The translations under genes were made by a program, and so were the position numbers. DNA of 64,000 nucleotides. It comes from Mizuhopecten yessoensis. Taxonomy: Eukaryota. Each line of letters opens with the position of its first letter. Position 1 is the first letter of the stretch. Location of the stretch: contig NW_018408751.1 in the NCBI RefSeq assembly GCF_002113885.1, positions 531,312 to 595,311 of the forward strand, read 5' to 3'. Positions 1 through 11,723 of the stretch are shown here, piece after piece. The notes under the pieces are model-generated. The model had not been told where the DNA came from. It did not search any database and saw nothing but the letters and a program-made list of their open reading frames with translations.

Positions 1-3000
1 GTCTGTTCACTAGTGCATCCGCTATATTGTCCGATGTTGCCTTCCTTTTCTTAGCTGTTGAAATACATATACGTAATATATACACAGTGACATTATTCTA
101 GACATTAAGTATGCTTGCTCGGTTTAGTTAAACATAACTTGGATATTCTCAAAGTGTGTTCCTTGTCCTGCGTGTAGTTTACATAGCAAGATCTGTATTG
201 TGTTGATCTATATAAATTTAAGTATATCCAACATAACGAACTAAATAAAAATAAAAATTGGAAGCATTAACTCCATTAAAAGTGATTCTATGTGATAAGT
301 CATGTATTTTGAGAATAATTGAAATGTTCTTTGTTTTGGACATTTAGGATGCATCCTCGAGTTTTAAATGAAATTATTATTCAGTTACATTTCGTTCATG
401 TTGAACTCTTTTAGCCTGTATCCTTTAAAAGCAACATGCGAATTTAAAAGATTAAAATTACCGTGCGTTGTCTTTGTTGTCTTCATAGTTGTCGATGAAG
501 AAGCAACAATTGGTGTGGTTGACATAGTTGTCGTTGTGGTAGTTGGCATGGTTGTAGTAGTCGGCATTGTTGTTGTGGTAGTTGGCATAGTAGTTGTAGT
601 AGTCGGCATTGTTGTTGTTGTGCTCGGCATTGTTGTTGTGGTAGTTGGCATGGTTGTTGTTGTGGTCAGCATAGTTGTTGTTGTGGTAGTTGGAATGGTT
701 GTTGTTGTGGTAGTTGGCATGGTTGTTGTTGTGGTAGTTGGAATGGTTGTTGTTGTGGTAGTTGGCATGGTTGTTGTTGTGGTTGGCATGGTTGTTGTGG
801 TAGTTGGCAAGGTGGTTGTTGTGGTCGGCATAGTTGTTGTTGTGGTAGTTGGCATGGTTGTTGTTGTGGTAGTTGGCATGGTGGTTGTTGTGGTCGGCAT
901 GGTAGTTGTAGTCGGCATGGTTGTTGTGGTAGTTGGCATAGTTTTTGTTGTAGTTGGCATGGTTGCCATGGTTGTTGGCATAGTTGTTTTGGTGGTAGGT
1001 ATAGTCGTTCCTGTTGTAGGCATAGGTGCTGTTGTGGTCGCCAACTTTTCTGCAATAGAAATACAGATAATTATAGCAAACATTTCTTTCTTCGTGTAAC
1101 GTTCATATTCATAAAAGCCATTAAAACTTGCAAAAAACAAGGAGAATTTCTATTCAAATTATAAGGTTATTGTCAAATATCAAGTGCGTTACTGTAAGGA
1201 AATGTCATAATGCAGGGAGTCTAAAACCAGCACAGGGACATACTTCAAATCAAAATTAGAGTAGCTCTTTCAATATTAGAATGGCATGCAAGACTTTACC
1301 CAAAGTATCATTAACACACCAACGAAAACAGTAATAAGGCATTTTTTTACTACCAACACATGATACTTACGGTATTCGCAAATGGATGTGTGATGATACA
1401 GAGCAGTTCCACAATCATAGTCGTGCCATCTTCCATTGTCATTTAGTCGTAGTAGGGCGCAGTCCTCGTACACTGCCTTAGAGAAGAGGAATCCGTGAGT
1501 CGGTCCCTCACCTGGATGCCAGTGACCGTAGGACAGTTTGGTACCTGTATCAAATACAAGCCACCAGTGGAAGCAGTTAATGGAATGCAGAAACACAGAC
1601 AGCATTAGGTGGTTCATAAAGTGACGATCAACAATTTATTTAGGACAATTTGAATAGTGAACTACGTTAGTGGCACAAAAATGTCAATTAAGTCGACGGT
1701 ATTGACACGTCACTGACGTTGCCATGCAGACGAGGGAATTTGCTAAACAAACATTCAGTGTCTTTGCTAAAGTAAAAAGACATTTCATATAGCTACCAGG
1801 TGGGTATCTAAATATTTTTTATGTCATCACTTCCGTTTATAAATCTCGCCCTTTATTACTCTAAATGCAAAATCATCTAATGTATCTTCAGCTCTGTACC
1901 AACATATAATCATCAGAAGACTGATTGAATTATGAATAATGCTGATTTCACTTACCATCTGTCCACTTCCATGTTCCCTCACTGTCATGGTCAGTTGCCC
2001 CTATCCACACACCCCAGTCTCCCCAGTGCATGGACTTCAGTGTGTTGTAGAGGAAGTCCTGTTTGTCTTGGTCCTTAATCTGCACCAGATGACCTCCATG
2101 GCGGTGGCAGTTGGAGTTGGCACCGTTCCAGGAATATTTTCCCGTAATGAGGTAGAGGCACACGTCGCTGTACGACTTCACCAATTGTGTCCTCGGCAAG
2201 AAAGTAGGGCACTGTCTGAGGTCATCTACAAGGTTGCCGTTTACTGAAAGAGGTAGGAAATGAGATTTTAGTTATCAACTTAGTGATTATAAGACGATGT
2301 ATGCAACAATTATAAACGTGCATGGAAAATAGAGAAATAACCATATAAGATAAGAATTAAAATTCCTCGAATTCTTTAAATCTTTCGCGAGAAATATTTT
2401 ACGCATTTTCTCTCAAGATGATCAATCGCAAATTCAAACAAGTCGAAAGAAAGACATTCAAATTCATCTTACAATGAATACTTTGTACCTTTTGGCCAGT
2501 CAAATTTTCGCAATTAAACTGCTTAAATAACAGTAACTAAATTAAGCTTCCTCGAAAATAGAGTAATCCACTGTATGTTGTATATATCATACCTATATTA
2601 TCAGCAACACTTTTATCTAATTGATGAGGATTTCACCCATCCTTCACTGATTTATCTCACGTTTTGTCCTTGAGTGATCTTTTCACGCGATTGTGACGTC
2701 ACAATAAAAATAATTAGAGGCATCACGTTTTTTGACATCTGAAATGTGATATTACAGTTGAGCAGTTGTTGTAAGAAGTTTTCTTTTTTTCAGACGAACC
2801 AGCCTTTCTGGTTGTTGGGGAAAATTATATTTTCCTTAATCGTTACAAAAGAGGCACGATAATCGAATATTAAATTATTACCAAGCGTTGAGGAAAGACA
2901 TTTTGCGGGTTGTCGTACTAACAAAGTATTAGAAGGATCTTCTTTGCCTTTTACTCCCACAATAAGTATAATTGTTGATCACTTACCTGCTAAAACTCCT

Positions 3001-3056
3001 ACAATCACAAGAAGAATTTTCGAGACCACCGTTCTCAACATATCTGTTGCTTGCAT
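1..3056 (-). CDS. C-type lectin with mucin-like Thr-rich stalk (CTL-A), 3' end runs off the window
   Basis: Exons (minus strand): 3056-2987 (signal peptide MQATDMLRTVVSKILLVIVGVLA; the ATG at 3041 is the one shared with CTL-B), 2243-1956 (C..C..WNGANSNC..GGHLV..VWIGATD..EGTWKWTDG), 1544-1371 (W..GEGP..EDCA..GRWHDYDC..SICEY), 1049-462 (MPTTTTT stalk), 54 to <1 (AKKRKATSDNIADALVNR). All introns are GT-AG and phase 1. Canonical CTLD cysteines and a WIGA motif are present. Confidence 0.9.
462..1035 (-). repeat. Coding minisatellite encoding the (MP-Tn) mucin stalk of CTL-A
   Basis: Imperfect 18-24 bp units, GGCATGGTTGTTGTTGTGGTAGTT-like on the plus strand. Confidence 0.9.
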
Positions 3057-3092
3057 GTCCAGTTATTTATTTTGGATGAGGAGATGGCGAAG

Positions 3093-3101
3093 GTATATAT
3101 A
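3093..3101 (-). promoter_or_regulatory. TATA-like box of CTL-A
   Basis: TATATATA about 40-55 nt upstream of the candidate ATGs, within a promoter block (about 3040-3310) that is conserved upstream of CTL-B (about 11660-11870). Confidence 0.55.
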
Positions 3102-6100
3102 CCCATCTACCCAAAATAAAAAGTGGTGTGACAATATTATCCAATGGCCATCGACCTTACACCTAGGCCTGATGGCCGTGAATCTCACCTGCGTCACCCG
3201 GATAGGGTGACAACGACTGGTCAACACGTTGAAGATACCGTATGACCTATCGGTTAAATGCGTTGTGTGGATAACTATTGTTTATGTATCATTCACGAAT
3301 CGAGATTACAATTAAGGTCAAAGGATAGACAACCTATAGTTTATTAATTCATAAAGATAAATATGGACGTTTAAGATGATTACTAAATGATACAATCCCA
3401 TGCTTACGTAGACATCAGGTTCTTGTTGCATCCAGTCGTAAGTCGATAATTGTCCGGAATCTTTATCTTTTCTTTTATTCTTGTTTCTCCCCATTTTGTA
3501 GCCCTAAATGAAAAATGATTTGATTTTCAAAAACTTACTGTCTACTCTACTAGTCTCGAGGACATTTTGCTAATTACTCAATGGATATTCATCATCATTT
3601 TAAAAGTCACATTACCAACTGCATGCATTTGAAAGAAGTGTATTTATCTTTTTATCATATTTTAAAATTACAATTTTCATCGTATAAATCGATTACTTAG
3701 TAATAGTAGTATATGAGGTTTGACATAGAAAGTCACACCGAATATTCATGGAAAAATGCCAAATGCTAGTCCACAAAACAGTGGAATACACAGTATGATT
3801 AATCGTCGTTGCTTTAGCTAATCTGTGATTTTGCTTGTGGGAAAGTCACCCCGTGTATCGGCCGTAGTCTACTCTTGTTTTGACTTTCGTAGATATGTCT
3901 TTAACATGCAACTTGACATGGCACTATTAGCGCTTTTCGATATTCATATGGCAACATTTTCGAAAAACTATGTCCTGGGCAGGATATTTAGCAATTCACG
4001 TTCAAATGTGGGTGGCCTTTGTATAGGCATTTACAGATGGTCAGTTGGTTAACAAAAAAAATTGTAACATAGCTGTTGAAGGAAATATAGAACAAATCCC
4101 AAGAACGCTTTGGCAGACATATTGGTTTTCAAAACAAAAACAAAACAATGCTATAGGTTAAAAAAAGAAATTAATCGGCTTTCAAAATAACTTGACATTC
4201 CGCTTGTTATGAAGAATTTCGAAGCTGCATTTTACTACAAGCGTATCTCCACATAGTTTGAAAACTCAAGAATCAGATATCCAAATGATGAGAATTATAA
4301 GAGTTTATTATTTTTCTGAATAATTCTATATTCTAGAGACGGGAGCCAGTCTACCGACATACATAAGTTAACAGCGCTGTTCTGTAGTTGTAAGGCGACA
4401 GTCCCCATTAACTTGACTTCATCGTTCCTGAAGGGTACTGTGTTCTTGTCATGTGTGTTAATGAAAAATTAACGGAACAGTAATCGAAAGATTTAAATTA
4501 TTTCAAAGCGTTATATAAAACAAACTATCGGCAGGTATATAATAGCGTCATTATAACATTATACGAAATATGTTTGACCACATTAACACCTTATTTGAAA
4601 GCTACATTGAAAAAAAGAAGTAGAAATATAAATAATTCAGTTTCTCGATGCAAAAAAACCCAAACAAAGTGACCATTTTTCAGCACCATTTTCCATTAGC
4701 GGCTCATCATTGGTACAAAAGGTCAAAAGAAAGAAAAATAGATATCTAAGTGCTGTAAAAAACAGGCAGAAGGGAGCAAGGAGAGATAGATAGTTAAAAG
4801 GAAACGTATAACCGACTATGTTTTCATGCTTAATGTAATCGATATATAACATATATATATTGTTTCAAAAGAAGGAATGTTTTGTTCTTAGGGTGATTCC
4901 TAGCATTATGTCCTTTACAAATACATCTATGTTACAGATACAAAGCTAGTTAATATACTTTGAAGTGTTGTTTTGATTATATTTCAACTTCTGTCTGTCT
5001 GTCTATCTGTATGAACTATGGCCATGGTTAAGCAGAATGGTGAAGGTCAGTTACCAAGTTACTATACGTCCGACATCAAATATAGTTGCATGGTTTATTA
5101 ATCTAATAATACTTAGATGCAATGCTTCAGATACTGGGTGTGACTTTATTGTTTCTCTTGAATGCCAGGCCCCTCTTTAATGAACATTCCTCAACTGAGA
5201 AGAGAATTCATAAACTAAAAACAAATCCCAAGGAAAGTATCTCTTAAATTTTCACTTATTTAATTCGGGAATTTTATTATGTTAAGGAAAATTCGTGAAA
5301 TTGGATAAAAAAAAAGACCATCTGCAGAATACACTATGATGAAGGAAAAAATATATTGCTTATAGTTAACACATAGATAGAAAACAATACTACAAGTTCA
5401 AAACATTTTCCATATCTCTAGTATTGAATATCTTCGTTTCAATTAATATTCACTTTTTTTATTTCAAAGAAATTTCTTAAATCATTTTTTGTTCAAGAGA
5501 TGTTCAGATTTGTTAAATACTTTTTTTCAGATTAAGTCCTCAAATTTAAATTAAATTAATCGTAAATTCTTTACGTGAAAATAGGATTGACTTGACAGCA
5601 ATGGAAGTGTACAGTTGCGCTGTAGCTGCTTCGGAAACAGACTCAACCGACTATATATGTCTTTTAATATTTGAATTCTCCAATTTAGATGTTGTTTTCT
5701 TTATTTGGGTATTGAAATGTTTAAAAAAAATAAATTAGCGTTTGTTTATATATTTACAGGTGTATGCAATCATGTGAATGTCATCTAGGGAACGGCGAGA
5801 TATCTGATTTTATGAGTTAATGTAATAATAATAATAAGAAGAAATTTTCGAAATATTTCAAAACTTCATTGTCCAGTCTAAACGTTTTATTTAAGCAATA
5901 TAAGAATCAATGTGTTGATAAAACGAAATTGTGAAAACCTCACGTATGCTGTCATAATGATAAAATTATTTTTCATTTCATGAAATATCAATTTATCTTT
6001 CGTAACCACATATTTTTATTTGATTTTACTCATTTTTTTTCATGTACCTGTAGTTAACTAAATAGTTACACCTACTTATGTGTTGACAGTTATTGTTACA

Positions 6101-6949
6101 CATTTACATATATATTGAAGATGTACATACCACATTTTGGAATAAATTTATTATGCCGTTTTCACCTGTCAGTTGAACGCAACAAGCTTTTCTATAACGA
6201 TCATTTAAATCATTAAAAACAATAAACAATTTAGGTTTCACAAAAGCATTCCAAAACCTGTTACTGCACATTCACATTTTTGCTAAAATCAGTAAAAGCG
6301 ATTTCTTCTTGTGCCATGTTGCTGCATCCATCATGTCATTCAAAAAAAAAGGTATTTTGTTTTCTCTTAGTTCTACGTCAAAGTTCCAATTTCCCAGTAT
6401 GTATAAATACTTGCGTTAGCATAGAACTACAATGTTTAATCTTTCATATTTGCAGTGGTCATTTTTTTTTTTTTTTTTGCTGACGTAAATAAAAGCTGGC
6501 TGAATTCCTTTCGTTTGGTTTCTCATTTTGTTTTGATTCTCTTTCTTTTTTACGATGTGATTCAAATAAAAGAACCGGTTTATATTTCTAGATCCGATAT
6601 CAGTGTTTCTTTACAGTAAACGCATGGGAACATGCATTAAAAAGAATGAAACTCGTATTTCAGAATAAACAGATTATTTAGTGTTCTAAAATGTGTATGA
6701 TATCTAACGGGCAACATTAAATGTCCCAATAATATATAGGCTATATTCATATCATATAAATGCCATCTGAATTGTGTGGCGTGTATATAATGACAATGAT
6801 ATACGGTGTTAGATATAAATTCTACGATGGTAAATATAACTAAATCGCAAATATATCAAAATACATATTTATTTTCTGTTGAAAACGAGTAATACATGTG
6901 TCCAATTAAAAGTATGTACAGTATGCAACGAATATCACAGGAAACATTG

Positions 6950-7260
6950 TCTGAATAATAACGCATAATCAGCGGTGAAATATAATATAAATGTCTTGTA
7001 TATAACACACCCTTACACCCACCCATTCCCTCTTTGAATAAAAACGTTAAATAATTGGTGAAATATAATATAAATGTCTTGTATACTCTCTGAATAATAA
7101 CGTTAAATTAGTGGTGAAATATAATATAAAATGTCTTGTACATAACACACCCTTCCACTCGGCCATTCTCTCTCATTGAATAATAACGTAAAATCAGTGA
7201 TGAAATATAATATAACTGTTTTGTATATAACAATTAAATCCTTCCATTAGGTCGTTCTCT
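6950..7260. repeat. Degenerate tandem repeat (about 4 copies) downstream of CTL-B
   Basis: GAATAATAACG..GGTGAAATATAATATAAATGTCTTGTA recurs at about 6953, 7036, 7092 and 7178. Confidence 0.7.
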
Positions 7261-7577
7261 CTAACTCTCGTGTATTGATAGATGATACAGAAAACGATAT
7301 GACGATAAGATCATAACGTGTTTGTCAACAAGCTTAAAGTTTATGTGCTGTAAACCAGCTAGTACATTGATAACAATTGATGATAATATCGGAGATAAAG
7401 ATGGTACGATAGAAGACGTAGACATTTCATATGATTAACTTTATCGTTTAGTCCTCACCATATAACAATGGGCACACTATTTAATAGCATATAGATGCTG
7501 AGTTCGATTCTTTTGAATGTCACTTATTGCACATCACATCAGTCAATTGGAATATTCTAGTTCTGATTGCGCATCTC

Positions 7578-10500
7578 TTATGCGAAGCTATTTTCAGGGA
7601 CAAGTCCATTTCCATGCATTATGTCGTACAATGGATTGTCCTTGGTATTGGTTGTCTGGTCATAGGTTTCTGCAATCGACTGACGATTGCGTCGTCTAAA
7701 CAACAAATATATTTCGAGATTAGTTAATTAGTCAAGACAATTAGAAAGACAACCAAGTAAATTGTTTTAAAATTATATTACTTAGAAACGTATAATGACA
7801 CTGTTTATGACTCCTTTTTAATGCTCAGTAGGACAGGATTCCATTTAAAATGCAACATACCACCGTTTATATGATATGATTAGGCTACAGTTTTATGATT
7901 GAATGATTTTAAGTAATAGGGTACAAGGTATTGAAATATAATTTCAAATTAACATTGGTCTTGGTCGAAATGTATATGGTTACTATCAGCATTTCTTTTT
8001 GATATAAATATCTGGTAATGTATTTACCTCAGTACCAGTGCTAAGATGGCCGCCACTAGAATTACAACTCCACAGCTGCCGGCTCCGATGGCAATGTAGG
8101 TTCCTACACCAGAACCGATGAAAATAATACGATCATAAGAAACATTCCATAACTAACTTATTATGCAACCTATTATACAATGTACGTAAGTTTGACCTGT
8201 TCAAACTGACACATGTCATGACAATAAGTACAATACAGATACATAGCTCTGAGGCATTTATGTTAAGACCGATCTATGTTTTGGCAGTTTTGTTATACAG
8301 AACTTTGGTAATCACAAGATTTTGCTTGGATATTAAAAAAATAAAATGGCACCACAAGACGTTTTATAAACAAGAAATACAAAAATGCTAATGATTGTAA
8401 ATATTCTGTTTCCGTTAATGATATGCAATCAGTTCGTTATGCATTATGTAAGTAATTTTGAAGTGATTAGCCAAAAATATATCTTTAGGAACATCCTTTT
8501 CTGATCAAATAAAATTAAAAAAACAGTAAATTTCATAATTTTGACATAAATTGTCTACAGAGATCATGAAATGAAAATTATATACGTTGTGCACTATAGT
8601 CGTACCGCTTTACGTATACATTAACGTCTCTGTGCATCATTAGGTTAAATCTTACCTGTACTACCATCGCTACTATCGTCGTTTTGACTCATTAGCGCCT
8701 CGTCTATTATGTCTACTCCTGACGTCCTTTTCTTAGCTATGCAAATACGCAATAATATACATATTAAATATTTAATCTAAATAAACATTCATTCTTTTAA
8801 TTTTTAGTTATTTGTATTCAGAATATCATCAGTACATTCTTTACTTTGTATCTCTTACATGCGTAACCTATATATTAATCAATCACTGTTACCATTCCTT
8901 AATTAAATCTCTGTAAATAAAGTAAACCATTTTGCAAGAGAAGTTTATCAATTCAAAAGAATAATAAAAATATTTCAAAATAAATAAGCATAGCTGCATC
9001 GAAGTTTAGTACTTACCATGAGGCGTAGTGCCGAATTCTATTTTGATGCCACCAAATGTGGTTGTAACAGCAGGCGTTTCTGTTGTCTTCATTTGAGTTG
9101 TCGTCGTTGTCGGCATTGTTGTGGTAGGCACAGTTGTTGTTGTGGTCGGCATGGTTGTAGTAGTAGGCATGGTTGTTGTTGTGGTCGGCATGGTTGTAGT
9201 AGTAGGCATGGGTGTTGTTGTGGTAGGGATGGTTGTTGTCGTGGTAGGCATGGTTGTTGTTGTGGTAGGCATGGTTGTAGTAGTAGGCATGGTTGTTGTT
9301 GTGGTCGGCATGGTTGTAGTAGTAGGCATGGTTGTTGTTGTGGTAGGCATGGTTGTTGTCGTGGTAGGCATGGTTGTTGTTGTGGTAGGCATGGTTGTTG
9401 TTGTGGTTTCCATGGTTGTAGTAGTAGGCATAGTTGTTGTGGTTGGCATGGTTGTTGTTGTTGTTGTGGTAGGCATTTCTGTTGTAGGCATCGTTGTTGT
9501 TGTAGGCGCATTTATTGTCGTCGTCGTTGTTGAAGGCATAGGTGTTCTTGGAGGCTCAATGGTTGATGTCTTTGTGGGCATTGTTGTTGTAGTCGACATA
9601 CTTGTGGTTGTAGTGGTAGGTATTGTGGGACGATACACTTTTTCTGTAATACAATTAACATCATATAAGGTCATCGAGAACATTATCCCTCGTTGAACCT
9701 TCATGATTATAATTACACTAGAAACATTAAAAAAAATGAAATAAGCATATGAACTTATGTGTAATATTATAGACAAGTTGAAATTTGTCTGATAGAATTT
9801 TACTATTAGAGATCCCAATATAATGCTGAAAAAAGAAAAAAGAACATTCAACTTTTCATCTTTAAAGAACGATCCTGGACACGGCACCGCGGTAACAGTA
9901 GAGGAAAATGCACAGCCAGATGAGATTTTAACCCGGAACCTCCTAATACTAGATGGTTGTTATAAGCAATTAACCTAGCTGGCTGCTGATGATCGACCTA
10001 GTCTAATTCCGTTACACATTCAAAGTGAAAAACTACACAAGGAAGCGCCATAAAGACATGAAATCCAAAACCGACACGGTGTCGTATCGCTTAACCGTTC
10101 TCAGTTAAGAATAGAGTAGCTCTTCAATCCAATAAAATATTGAATTTTACCAAAGATATGATTAAAAAGCATTAAAACATAAAACTAGGTGGTTATAATT
10201 AGGAAACTTACGATATTCACATATAGATGTGTGATGATACAGAATAGTCCCACAATCATAGTCGTGCCATCTGCCATTGTCATTTAGTCGTAGTAAGGCA
10301 CAGTCCTCGTACCCTGCCTTAGAGAAGAGGAAGCCGTGAGTCGGTCCCTCACCTGGATGCCAGTTACCGTAGGACAGTTTGGTACCTGTATCAGATATTC
10401 AAGTTTCCAATCGCAGTTAGTTCATAGAATCCAAAATACAAACAGACAGCATCAAATAATTTTATAAACACATGACCAATGATGCATGTAAGACGATTTA

Positions 10501-11664
10501 AAATAATACAAAGTCAACGGTACAACAATACCAATAATGTCGAATGCATTGTTGTGTCATTAACGTTGACATGCGCACAAGGAATGTGTTAATACATTCT
10601 CGCAACAATAAATGGTAATTAGTTGTACTACATACACGTTAGAATTTAGTTTAAATATGAATGATATAATGTTTAGTTACCATCTGTCCACTTCCATCTA
10701 CCCTCACTGTCATGGTCAGTTGCCCCTATCCACACACCCCAGTCTCCCCAGTGCATGGACTTCAGTGTGTTGTAGAGGAAGTCCTGTTTGTCTTGGTCCT
10801 TAATCTGCACCAGACGACCTCCATTGCGGTGGCAGTTGGAGTTGGCACCGTTCCAGGAATATTTTCCAGTGATGAGGTAGAGACAAACATCATTATACGA
10901 CTTCACGTATTGTGTCCGCGGCAAAGGGGGCGGGCAATCTCCCAGGTCGTCAACAAGGCTACCATTTACTAGACAACGTGATAGATATCAATGTAAAAGA
11001 ACGCTAGGTACTTGACAAATGGAGTCATCAAGATAATACAAGAAATATTCATAATAAATTAAAACATCTAGACCTCGATTATAAGTTGTTTGAAACAAAC
11101 CTGAAAATGAACATTCGCGAAAAAAATGGTTTTACAGTATGCAGTGACCTGTAAATATATAATATCTTTTATATAAGTAATAATATCTTAAAATTTCTCC
11201 GATTCTTTACCGATAATTTTTCAGTTTTAGACGCGAGAAGTTCTTCTGACAACCCATATCATATAGGCAAGCTACACGCGCCTGTGGAGTAACAACGCCA
11301 ATAGTTGAAAGACGTCATCATTTTTTTCAATCAAATGACTTATTACAGCTAGGCGGAAGTCGTTAAACGAACTCTTTTTCCCCCGGAGTTGTTTCACTGG
11401 CGGAGAAAATGGTATCACGTGGGGAAAATTATATCTTTACCTAGGAATAATAGACGATTATGTGAGATTCTGTTATGTGATCATTTGTAAGCGTTGTTCT
11501 CAGACAAAACATACTTACCCAAGGGATTCATTTTGACATTAACTCAATTAGGAAAAGATTTCACTAGACTTGCCTCCCAAAATATAATTTAATTAATATA
11601 ACTTACCTGCTGCCCAAGCTCCTACGATAAGCAGTAAAAGTTTCGAGGATATCATTCTTAACAT
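7578..11664 (-). CDS. Type I transmembrane C-type lectin with mucin stalk and NPxY tail (CTL-B), about 473 aa
   Basis: Seven exons: 11664-11607 (MLRMISSKLLLLIVGAWAA), 10968-10681 and 10385-10212 (CTLD), 9643-9017 (stalk), 8736-8656 (AKKRTSGVDIIDEALMSQNDDSSDGST), 8103-8028 (TM: TYIAIGAGSCGVVILVAAILALVL), 7695-7578 (RRRNRQSIAETYDQTTNTKDNPLYDIMHGNGLVPENSFA*). Total 1422 nt, open, all GT-AG with matching phases. Confidence 0.9.
9090..9625 (-). repeat. Coding minisatellite encoding the (MP-Tn) mucin stalk of CTL-B
   Basis: 18/21 bp units GGCATGGTTGTTGTTGTGGTA and GGCATGGTTGTAGTAGTA. Confidence 0.9.
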
Positions 11665-11714
11665 ATCTGTTGGTTTATGTCCAGCTACACATATCTGTGA
11701 GGTGAGTGGCAGAG

Positions 11715-11723
11715 GTATATATA
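11715..11723 (-). promoter_or_regulatory. TATA-like box of CTL-B
   Basis: TATATATA about 50 nt upstream of the ATG at 11664, in the same position and context as in CTL-A. Confidence 0.55.

Noticed and set aside
368-1099. Val-rich plus-strand ORF and Gln/Pro/Cys-rich alternative-frame ORF (also 9018-9696 and 9089-9511)
   Set aside because: Antisense or alternative-frame shadows of the Thr mucin repeat. Only the Thr frame has phase-compatible splice sites.
1-11664. Parallel with the paired receptors PILRA/PILRB that I recall flanking human ZCWPW1
   Set aside because: PILRs are Ig-domain proteins and are not homologous to C-type lectins. The positional similarity is probably coincidental.
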